Assembly: GCA_013867335.1 (NCBI GenBank)
Contig: JACEMX010000136.1
Location: 1-52,801 of the forward strand
Length of the DNA stretch: 52,801 nt
Source of the DNA: Candidatus Nitrosomaritimum aestuariumsis
GTDB lineage: Archaea > Thermoproteota > Nitrososphaeria > Nitrososphaerales > Nitrosopumilaceae
Reading direction: 5' to 3'
Below are positions 45,720-52,801 of this stretch, piece by piece (position 1 is the first letter of the stretch; each line of letters opens with the position of its first letter). The notes under the pieces were generated by a model. The model was not told the origin of the DNA, did no database searches, and saw only the letters and a program-made list of their open reading frames with translations. The translations under genes were made by a program, and so were the position numbers.

Positions 45720-45881
45720 TCATGAAATAATGATTTTACGCACAATCAAACGGTCTTTTCCCAAAATCAACTTTACATATTCACCCTTTTGAATATCCAT
45801 ATACTTCCGGAACTGTTTGGGAATTGATATGGTTCCTGCAGAGGTGATTTTTACTAGAACTTCATTTTCTTGTACAGACAT
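45720..45881 (-). CDS. AbrB/SpoVT (MazE-like swapped-hairpin) DNA-binding mini-protein, 53 aa, not in the ORF track
   Basis: My own translation is MSVQENEVLVKITSAGTISIPKQFRKYMDIQKGEYVKLILGKDRLIVRKIIIS. The pattern G-x-I-x-IPK-x-FR-x-x-M-x-I-x-x-G-E-x-V is the AbrB/SpoVT signature. Confidence 0.6.
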   Translation of the reverse strand: MSVQENEVLVKITSAGTISIPKQFRKYMDIQKGEYVKLILGKDRLIVRKIIIS

Positions 45882-45889
45882 ATTAATTC

Positions 45890-45950
45890 TATAAATTAAT
45901 AATATATATAATTTAATAAATTAATTAAATTATAATTAATAATAAATTTA
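45890..45950. other. 61-nt uninterrupted A/T tract with AATTAAT-type repeats
   Basis: Counted directly, with no G or C from 45890 to 45950. It lies upstream of the AbrB-like gene and downstream of the 46006-46635 gene. Confidence 0.9.
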
Positions 45951-46005
45951 GGCCTAAAAATTAGATTTTCACCTTGGTTTGATACTTTGAAAATTAGAAA
46001 TAATA

Positions 46006-46635
46006 TTAAACGGTAGTTGGACTAGATTCTAAAACACCAATCTTCTCTTTTCCTTTTTCAGAAATAAAATATCGGTAAGGTTTAGAATCTGTATTCCTTT
46101 CAACATAACCATCATCAAATAATTTTTTCATTAGTCTTGAAGTGTGTTCTCTACTCTTTTTTAATGTGATTTGAATGTCACGTGATGTCATAGGTTGCTT
46201 TGTGATTAGATGTAACACGTAATCTGATGCATTAGAATGGTCCAAACTAGCCACAATAGACGTATTTTCAGGCTTGGTCATGATCTGTGAATCTACTTCT
46301 GGTTTAGTTTCATCTTTTGGCATTTCTTCTGCCTTTAAGGGCATATCTCTGATATTGTTTTTAGCTATTTTTTCAAGAAATTGTTTCAATTCTAGGTTAG
46401 GATCTACTGATTTATCACCAATTCCCTCAATCTCCAAGGCATCAAGGCGTATTTTCATGTCAATTAACTGCCTTTCATAATACTCCAGCCTTTCTGATTG
46501 TGATGAATCACCAGATTCAGTTGCCTTGATCATGGGACGAAGTTTGTAATATGCAAAAAGGCCTCCCAAACCCACCAAAAAAGCAATAATCACACTTAAA
46601 ATTACTTCAGGATCAGGAATTTCAATTAACATCAC
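46006..46635 (-). CDS. Membrane-anchored winged-helix regulator (N-terminal TM, coiled coil, C-terminal wHTH)
   Basis: TM segment VILSVIIAFLVGLGGLFAYY. Coiled coil ERLEYYERQLIDMKIRLDALE. wHTH-like DYVLHLITKQPMTSRDIQITLKKSREHTSRLMKKLFDDGYVER. GTG 46635 or ATG 46632 start. Confidence 0.55.
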   Translation of the reverse strand: MMLIEIPDPEVILSVIIAFLVGLGGLFAYYKLRPMIKATESGDSSQSERLEYYERQLIDMKIRLDALEIEGIGDKSVDPNLELKQFLEKIAKNNIRDMPLKAEEMPKDETKPEVDSQIMTKPENTSIVASLDHSNASDYVLHLITKQPMTSRDIQITLKKSREHTSRLMKKLFDDGYVERNTDSKPYRYFISEKGKEKIGVLESSPTTV

Positions 46636-46758
46636 AAAAATTATGCCTATATTGTGATATATCGTGATTGAACAACATTAATTCACACTTTAGATTAACA
46701 AACACACATCATTAATCACAATCACAACAAACTTCCCAATACAAAAAATATTCCAATA

Positions 46759-47121
46759 TCACATATTGCATGCCTGTCTGATTACTCTATCAATCACATT
46801 TATCACATCATCCTCACGCTCAGGAAAAACATCACTATCATTTATCACACTTATTTGCTCAGAAAGTTTGGATATCACATCAATATCATCAGGTAATAGT
46901 ATGCCTAAACCGCGTAAAAGGATGATTGAATAAAACAATGCAATTAATTTCTCTCTAGATTGGCCTACTTGCCTGTAATACGCACCTTTTGTTATTGAAA
47001 ACTTTGACTCAAGAAGATCCTTTTGATTTAAAATAATTTCAATTTGTCGCTCTGTAAACAATGATTTTTTGATAATTTTACGAATAATGTTGTTAAAATT
47101 GGATTCTTCAAACTCCGACAT
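46759..47121 (-). CDS. Small HTH protein (Tfx/LuxR/sigma-70 region-4-like), tentative
   Basis: LFTERQIEIILNQKDLL...ITKGAYYRQVGQSREKL resembles the LTERQ...HTH pattern of Tfx-type archaeal regulators. Confidence 0.4.
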   Translation of the reverse strand: MSEFEESNFNNIIRKIIKKSLFTERQIEIILNQKDLLESKFSITKGAYYRQVGQSREKLIALFYSIILLRGLGILLPDDIDVISKLSEQISVINDSDVFPEREDDVINVIDRVIRQACNM

Positions 47122-47186
47122 AGCTATACAAATCTGTATACCGGTATTCCAATTAAACTTTAAAGAGTCATCTACGAACCAATTTC

Positions 47187-47939
47187 ATGACAGGAAAAGT
47201 TGAATCATTCCTAAAATCTGAATTAAAAAAGAAAAATGCATTATTGTTTGTACTAATTGATTCTGAAGAATCAAACCTAGAATCCTCCAAAAAACTTGCC
47301 CAGGAAGTAGAAAAAATTGGCGCCTCTGCCATACTTGTAGGAGGCTCTTCTGCTACTGACCAAATTGAAATGTCTAAAGTTGTCAAAGGAATCAAAAAAG
47401 GAATCAAGATTCCCATTATTCTCTTTCCAGGTAATGTAACAGGAGTAGTTCCTGACGCCGATGCAATTCTATTTAGTTCCCTAATGAATTCGGAAAATCC
47501 ATATTTTATTACTCAGGCACAAGCACTTGGGGCTCCAAGTGTACTCAAATTTGGCTTGGAGCCTCTTCCTACAGCGTACCTTGTAATCGGTGATGGAACA
47601 TCAGCTTGGTTTGTAGGATCTGCAAGAGGAATTCCATTTGAAAAACCCAAAATTGCTGCAGCATATGCCTTATCAGCACAATTCCTAGGTATGAGATTTG
47701 TTTATCTTGAGGCCGGATCCGGAGCAAAATCTACTGTAACGCCTGAAATGGTTAAAACAGTAAGATCTCTATTTAATGGATTCCTGATCGTTGGAGGTGG
47801 AATAAAGGAGGTAAAGACTGCAAAAGAACTAGTTAATGCAGGGGCTGACGCACTTGTAATAGGAACTTTCCTTGAGAAAGGAGGAAGCCTCAAAAAACTC
47901 ACAGAAATTGCTAAAGCGATTCAAAAATCAAAGAAATAG
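47187..47939 (+). CDS. Geranylgeranylglyceryl phosphate synthase (PcrB/GGGPS family)
   Basis: TIM-barrel PcrB family pattern: ILVGGSS, YLEAGSGA, LIVGGGI. Confidence 0.8.
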   Translation: MTGKVESFLKSELKKKNALLFVLIDSEESNLESSKKLAQEVEKIGASAILVGGSSATDQIEMSKVVKGIKKGIKIPIILFPGNVTGVVPDADAILFSSLMNSENPYFITQAQALGAPSVLKFGLEPLPTAYLVIGDGTSAWFVGSARGIPFEKPKIAAAYALSAQFLGMRFVYLEAGSGAKSTVTPEMVKTVRSLFNGFLIVGGGIKEVKTAKELVNAGADALVIGTFLEKGGSLKKLTEIAKAIQKSKK

Positions 47940-47950
47940 GACGCTGAACA

Positions 47951-50900
47951 ATGTCGGAAAATGATGCCATTTCCCGTTTACGTGGCATAAAAATGCCCGA
48001 TTACTATCAAAATTACTATACTGATCTCTCCACTGAAACATATACTATCTTTGAGAAAGCTGCAGAAGCAAAATCAACATTGGTGGACTCTTCTGGAATT
48101 ATTGAGCCGAAAATCGCATTTGATTTAGCAGATCGAGTTGCCAAAATGCACGAAATTGATATTTCTGAACATCTTCGAGAATTATTAAAAATCAATGGAA
48201 AGGAACTTTCAGCTTTAATTCTCTCAAAGGAAATTGCCCTAGGGAAATACTCTCTTGAAGAAGCTTCACTAGAAGAAAAACTAGACCTTGCCGTAAGAGT
48301 AGGGCTCGCCATAGTCACAGAAGGAGTCACAATTGCTCCCCTACAGGGCATTAGCGAGGTCAAAATTAAGAAAAACAAAGATGGCTCTGATTATCTCTCT
48401 GTCTCAATAGCAGGTCCGATGAGATCAGCGGGTGGAACGGAATCTGCAGTAACCATGTTAATTGCAGATCATGTACGAAAAGCGGTAGGCTTATCAAAAT
48501 ATCAGGCAGACTCCTTTGATGATGAAACTGGAAGATTTGTAGAAGAGCTACGAATCTATGAAAGAGAAGCAGGAAATTTCCAATTCCACATCTTAGATGA
48601 GGATATTATCCATGTAATCTCAAATCTTCCAGTAGAACTAGATGGTGTAGATACCGACCCATATGAAGTAGTTAATCACAAAGGAATGACAAGGATAAAA
48701 ACAGATAGGGTAAGAGGAGGTGCTTTACGAGTCCTTAATGATGGATTAATTGGTAGAGCCAAAAAATTACTAAAACGAATTCAACTCTATAATTTGGATG
48801 GTTGGGAATGGCTAGCTGACCTTAAAGGAGCTGTACAAACTGGTGATGATCAGGAAGATGCAGCCACAAAAAGAATGCGTGAGGTCATCACAGGTAGATC
48901 TGTTTTATCCATGCCTAACAAACTTGGTGGATTTAGGCTTAGATATGGGCGTGCCTGTAATACAGGATTTGCTGCAGTTGGGATTCATCCAATAATAGCA
49001 GAGATTTTAGACCATACAATAGCAGTTGGAACTCAAATTAAGATTGACATTCCGGGTAAGGGAGCAACTGTAGCTTTTGTAGATTCCATAGAACCTCCTA
49101 CAGTTCGTCTAAAAAATGGAAGTGTCATAAAAATTAGGGATGTCAAACATGGCATAGAAATTAAAAAAGAAATTGAAAAAATTCTTCATTTGGGAGATAT
49201 TTTAATTTCATTTGGGGACTTTCTTGAAAACAATGCCCAATTAGTCCCATCAGGGTATGTAGAAGAATTCTGGATAGAAGAATTAAGAGAAAAACTGGCA
49301 AAATATGAGCCTAATGACCAGTATCTAAGCCAATTTCTTGAAAGAATCCCTTCATTGGATGAAGCTTTAAAGATTTCCTTAGACTTTCAAATTCCTTTAC
49401 ATCCATCATATCTTTATTTTTGGGATCAAATAACGACATCAGAATTATCAGAAATCTTACAACCAACAAAACTAAACGAAAACTCTATAGAATATCCCAA
49501 AAATGTGAAAAAAATTCTAGAAAAATTAGGAGTTCCACATCTACAAAATAACTCCATAATTCTTGAAGAAAATGAAGCAAAAATTTTCTTTAATTTACTC
49601 TTTAGAAATCCTCCAAAAATTGATGATAAATCTGTCCCTAAAATTATTTCAGAATCATCGGGAATTTCAGTCAAAAACAAGTCTTCTACATCCATTGGTG
49701 TTAGGATTGGAAGGCCAGAAAAAGCAGCTGCCCGACAAATGAAACCGCCAACTCATGTTTTATTCCCTATTAGTGATAAGGGAGGTCCAACTCGAGATCT
49801 TTTAAAAGCCTCAAGACATGCTAATTTTTTCACCAATATTTTCAATCGTCAGTGTCAACATTGTAACGAGCCCTCCATTGGAATAAAATGTTCAAAATGT
49901 GGGGAAAAAACATCCATAAAATATCAATGTTCAAACTGTAGAGAAATTTTAGAATCGCCATTTTGTGAAAAGTGTAAAAGAAAAGCATCAACTCATTCCT
50001 ACCAGCCCTTTCCTCTAAAGGAAAGATTGCTAAATGCTCAGGAAAAAATGGGATTACGGGCACAAGAACCTTTCAAAGGTGTCAAAGAATTGATTAGCCA
50101 AGATAGGATACCAGAACCACTTGAGAAAGGGTTAGTTAGACAAAATTTTGGTCTGACTACCTTCAAAGATGGAACCGTTAGATTTGACGCTACAAATTCA
50201 CCCATAACTCAGTTCAAACCTTCTTGGATAGGAACTCCAATTGAAAAACTCAAGGAGTTAGGATATACACATGATATTGATGGAAAACCTATAGTTGATG
50301 AAAATCAAATCATCGAAATTCGTATGCAAGATGTCATTATCCCATACGAAAGTGGTAGATATCTTGTTTCTATCTGTAAATATCTAGATATTTTATTGCA
50401 AAAATTCTACGGAAAATCATCATTTTACAAGGTAAAGAATATCCAAGAATTAGTAGGCCATCTAATAATTGGCTTGGCTCCACACACCTCTGTAGGTATT
50501 GTAGGTAGAATTATTGGCTTCACAGAAACTCATGTTTGTTTTGGTACTCCCAATTGGCACTCTGCCAAAAGGAGAGATGCAGATGGAGATGCAGATTCAA
50601 TAATGCTTTTGATGGATAGTCTCCTTAATTTCTCCAGACAATTTCTTTCTGATAGGATTGGAGGTTTAATGGATGCCCCATTATTGATTCAACCATTGGT
50701 TTTGCCTCACGAGTCTCAACCTCAGGCTCATAACTTGGAAGTTACAAAGACCCTTCCTCTCGAATTTTTTAGATCAACATTACTACAAAATAAAGCATCA
50801 ACTGTAAATTCAGTTGAAATTATTGAATCAAGGTTAGAAACAGAAAGACAATTTTATGATTATTATTTTACTCATTATACCACATCACTTACTACATCAA

Positions 50901-51328
50901 AATCAAGAAGTGCTTATTCTACACTAGGATCTATGCTTGATAAACTCGACATGCAAATTCGAAATGCCGATATGATTGATGCTGTAAACACCTCAGAAAT
51001 TGTATCAAATGTAATATCGACACATCTTGTACCTGACATCATGGGAAATCTCCGTGCATATGCTAGGCAAAGTTTTCGATGTACTGCATGTGGAAAATCT
51101 TATCGTCGCCTTCCTTTAATCCAAAATTGTATCTGTGGTCACAAATTGATTCAAACAATTACTCGCGGATCCGTTGAAAAATATCTAAAATTAGCAAAAA
51201 GATTGGTAGATAATTACGAAGTAAGTGAATATCAAAAAGGCCGAATATACGCTTTATCTGACGAAATTGATCTAGTTTTTGGAAAGAATAAGGGAGATCA
51301 GTCACTTCTTACCGATTATGCATCGTAA
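47951..51328 (+). CDS. DNA polymerase II (PolD) large catalytic subunit DP2
   Basis: 1125 aa. Multiple Zn-finger Cys clusters (CQHCNEPSIGIKCSKCG, CSNC...CEKC, CTACG...CICGH) and conserved DP2 blocks such as GLAPHTSVGIVGRIIG and RRDADGD. No intein-sized insertion. Confidence 0.95.
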   Translation: MSENDAISRLRGIKMPDYYQNYYTDLSTETYTIFEKAAEAKSTLVDSSGIIEPKIAFDLADRVAKMHEIDISEHLRELLKINGKELSALILSKEIALGKYSLEEASLEEKLDLAVRVGLAIVTEGVTIAPLQGISEVKIKKNKDGSDYLSVSIAGPMRSAGGTESAVTMLIADHVRKAVGLSKYQADSFDDETGRFVEELRIYEREAGNFQFHILDEDIIHVISNLPVELDGVDTDPYEVVNHKGMTRIKTDRVRGGALRVLNDGLIGRAKKLLKRIQLYNLDGWEWLADLKGAVQTGDDQEDAATKRMREVITGRSVLSMPNKLGGFRLRYGRACNTGFAAVGIHPIIAEILDHTIAVGTQIKIDIPGKGATVAFVDSIEPPTVRLKNGSVIKIRDVKHGIEIKKEIEKILHLGDILISFGDFLENNAQLVPSGYVEEFWIEELREKLAKYEPNDQYLSQFLERIPSLDEALKISLDFQIPLHPSYLYFWDQITTSELSEILQPTKLNENSIEYPKNVKKILEKLGVPHLQNNSIILEENEAKIFFNLLFRNPPKIDDKSVPKIISESSGISVKNKSSTSIGVRIGRPEKAAARQMKPPTHVLFPISDKGGPTRDLLKASRHANFFTNIFNRQCQHCNEPSIGIKCSKCGEKTSIKYQCSNCREILESPFCEKCKRKASTHSYQPFPLKERLLNAQEKMGLRAQEPFKGVKELISQDRIPEPLEKGLVRQNFGLTTFKDGTVRFDATNSPITQFKPSWIGTPIEKLKELGYTHDIDGKPIVDENQIIEIRMQDVIIPYESGRYLVSICKYLDILLQKFYGKSSFYKVKNIQELVGHLIIGLAPHTSVGIVGRIIGFTETHVCFGTPNWHSAKRRDADGDADSIMLLMDSLLNFSRQFLSDRIGGLMDAPLLIQPLVLPHESQPQAHNLEVTKTLPLEFFRSTLLQNKASTVNSVEIIESRLETERQFYDYYFTHYTTSLTTSKSRSAYSTLGSMLDKLDMQIRNADMIDAVNTSEIVSNVISTHLVPDIMGNLRAYARQSFRCTACGKSYRRLPLIQNCICGHKLIQTITRGSVEKYLKLAKRLVDNYEVSEYQKGRIYALSDEIDLVFGKNKGDQSLLTDYAS

Positions 51329-51331
51329 AAT

Positions 51332-52654
51332 TTATCGTAACTTTACGTACTCATAAGCGCCTAATTTTTTATCAAAACAATAATGGACTTTCTGATAGTC
51401 CTTTCTGAAAGCTTTGACTTTTGGAAGAATTTTTTTGGGGTCTTTTTTATCAATAACTATCATTTTGATAAATGATGCAATTTCTTTCATTTCTTTTTGT
51501 TTCATTCCAATTCTCGTAATCTCAGAAACACCTAATCTGATTCCACCAGGATGGAAATAATTTCTTCCAGCCTTGATATCCCCCGGTATTAGTTGTCTAT
51601 TTACAATGATGTTTGCCTTTTCAAGCTCGGCCTCAACTTTACCACCATCAGAATAATCAAGAACATTTACTGCAATTTGATGTGATTTTGTAAATCCTCT
51701 ACTTTCTCCCAGAACCTTGAATCCAACATCGCTAAGAGCCTCAGCGAAGGCTTTTGCATTTTTAATAATTTGACTTGCATAATCCTTTCCAAATTCTAAC
51801 GCTTCAGCAAAAGCTATAGCCTTTCCAGCCATGTGATGAATATGGTGACTACTAGTAAGACCAGGAAACATTGCTTTTTTAATTCCCTCTTCATGTTCTT
51901 CTGAGCCTAAAACCAGACCACCTTGAGGACCAAACAATGTTTTGTGAGTACTCATTGTCATAGTGTCTGCACCTTCACGCAAGGGATCTTGAAACTTCCC
52001 ACCGGCAATTAATCCAGCTACATGAGCAGCATCATAGTTAATGTGCATATCATAACTCTTGAGAAAATCAGCTAGTTCCTTGACTGGATGGGGAAATAGA
52101 AATAATGATCCTCCAAACATTGCCATTTTTGGTAATCTTCCATCTTTTTTCAGTTGTTTTACTTTCTCCTTTGTCTTATCTACATCAATAGTCATCTCTT
52201 CGGCATTAAATGGATAAAATTCAATTTCTAATCCATGAACTAAACCTGCAGTTCCTGAATGTTCCTTCTTACCATGAGAAATATGACCTCCAGCTGGGAT
52301 TGAAGGGGCCAACATAATGTCTCCAGGATTTGTAAATGCAGAATAGATGGCAAGGTTAGCAACTACCCCGGAAACCGGTCGCACATCTGCAAATTTTGCT
52401 TTGTAGAGCTTTTTTGCCAATTTCATACATTCAAACTCTACATCATCAATGTAGACACAACCAGCGTAAACTCGTTCTCCAGGCCAACCTTCTGCATACC
52501 TGTTGCCAAAATCTGATATTATTGCCTCACGAACAGCTGGGCTAGGAACATTTTCACTTGCAATTAATGGTATAGATGATTCAAACCATTTGTGATGTTC
52601 TTTTAGTTTTGAAAAAATTTTATCATAAGAGACCTTATTGGAAGATTTTGCCAT
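51332..52654 (-). CDS. glyA: Serine hydroxymethyltransferase
   Basis: PLP-Lys motif STHKTLFGPQGG. The ORF opens at TTG 52663, but ATG 52654 is preferred because a TATA-like TTTTTAAATT (minus sense, 52679-52688) lies 23 nt upstream. Confidence 0.9.
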   Translation of the reverse strand: MAKSSNKVSYDKIFSKLKEHHKWFESSIPLIASENVPSPAVREAIISDFGNRYAEGWPGERVYAGCVYIDDVEFECMKLAKKLYKAKFADVRPVSGVVANLAIYSAFTNPGDIMLAPSIPAGGHISHGKKEHSGTAGLVHGLEIEFYPFNAEEMTIDVDKTKEKVKQLKKDGRLPKMAMFGGSLFLFPHPVKELADFLKSYDMHINYDAAHVAGLIAGGKFQDPLREGADTMTMSTHKTLFGPQGGLVLGSEEHEEGIKKAMFPGLTSSHHIHHMAGKAIAFAEALEFGKDYASQIIKNAKAFAEALSDVGFKVLGESRGFTKSHQIAVNVLDYSDGGKVEAELEKANIIVNRQLIPGDIKAGRNYFHPGGIRLGVSEITRIGMKQKEMKEIASFIKMIVIDKKDPKKILPKVKAFRKDYQKVHYCFDKKLGAYEYVKLR

Positions 52655-52757
52655 GAACTGCAAATTGATTTTCCCAATTTAAAAACACCGATTTTAGATC
52701 CATAAGATTCTCAATTTTATGCAAAGTATAAAAGGGGAATCAAGAGATTCTCCATCC

Positions 52758-52801
52758 ATGGGTATGCAAGCTACTTCCAAAGGAAATATGCCAGTTGTAT
52801 T
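52758..52801 (+). CDS. 5' end of a CDS running off the window (MGMQATSKGNMPVV...), possibly a thermosome subunit
   Basis: An ATG 24 nt downstream of TATAAAAG (52727-52734). The N-terminus resembles group II chaperonin N-termini, but only 14 codons are visible. Confidence 0.25.
   Translation, partial: MGMQATSKGNMPVV

Noticed and set aside
46640-46890. Cluster of (T)ATCACA motifs in and upstream of the 3' end of the 46759-47121 gene
   Set aside because: Most copies fall in coding sequence, where they encode repeated Val-Ile/Val-Ile-Asp residues (VINDSDV, VINVIDRVI). The few intergenic copies are not enough to argue for a binding array.
47168-47416. 82-aa minus-strand ORF at the GGGPS 5' end
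   Set aside because: It is antisense to a well-supported PcrB-family gene, with no independent support.
47951-51328. Inteins in PolD DP2 (and in CDC48 or Orc1/Cdc6)
   Set aside because: Protein lengths are typical of intein-free versions. No Cys/Ser...His-Asn splice-junction blocks or homing-endonuclease-sized insertions were seen.
1-52801. Mobile elements, prophage, defence islands and CRISPR-Cas
   Set aside because: No integrase, transposase, capsid or terminase, restriction-modification, Cas or toxin-like genes were recognised. Gene content and synteny look like core chromosome around the origin.

Overview
AT-rich (about one-third GC by eye), very gene-dense archaeal chromosome segment. 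It is most likely from a marine ammonia-oxidising thaumarchaeon of the Nitrosopumilus type. The basis is co-occurrence of both PolD subunits (DP1, DP2), Orc1/Cdc6, TFB, GGGP synthase and an ESCRT-III/CdvB paralog, a combination known mainly from Thaumarchaeota.

The window spans the predicted replication origin: DP1 and orc1/cdc6 converge, followed by a 476-bp intergenic region with ORB-like repeats, then GGGPS and DP2.

Other recognisable content:
- Sulfate activation and reduction: sat with cysH, and cysC with a cysQ-like gene 16 kb away.
- The preQ0/archaeosine pathway: queC, folE, queE.
- thrB, nth, glyA, NDH-2, a cation/proton antiporter, crcB and a tetrapyrrole methylase.
- A roughly 12-kb proteostasis/stress block with two Hsp20, CDC48, a PAC2-like gene, four stand-alone USP genes and four stand-alone CBS genes.

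I recognised no rRNA, tRNA, CRISPR array, transposase, integrase or known defence gene. The window looks like core chromosome, not an island.

Things I think deserve a second look:
1. A CBS protein whose C-terminus looks like a ribosome-hibernation (S30AE/HPF) fold, in a tight operon with PAC2-like and Hsp20 genes.
2. A perfect 117-bp inverted repeat inside the 5' ends of two otherwise diverged USP paralogs, bracketing 1.8 kb.
3. Two GC-rich, strongly structured intergenic elements (5738-5813 and 18115-18261) that I could not assign to any RNA family.
4. An operon of a small wHTH, a membrane-spanning wHTH sensor and a secreted coiled-coil protein, with a tandem 12-mer operator-like repeat.
5. 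The origin region itself: inverted ORB-like boxes, a phased GTTAAC array, an unlisted AbrB-like mini-gene and a cluster of small DNA-binding proteins.

All functional calls come from motif recognition by eye. No searches or folding programs were run.
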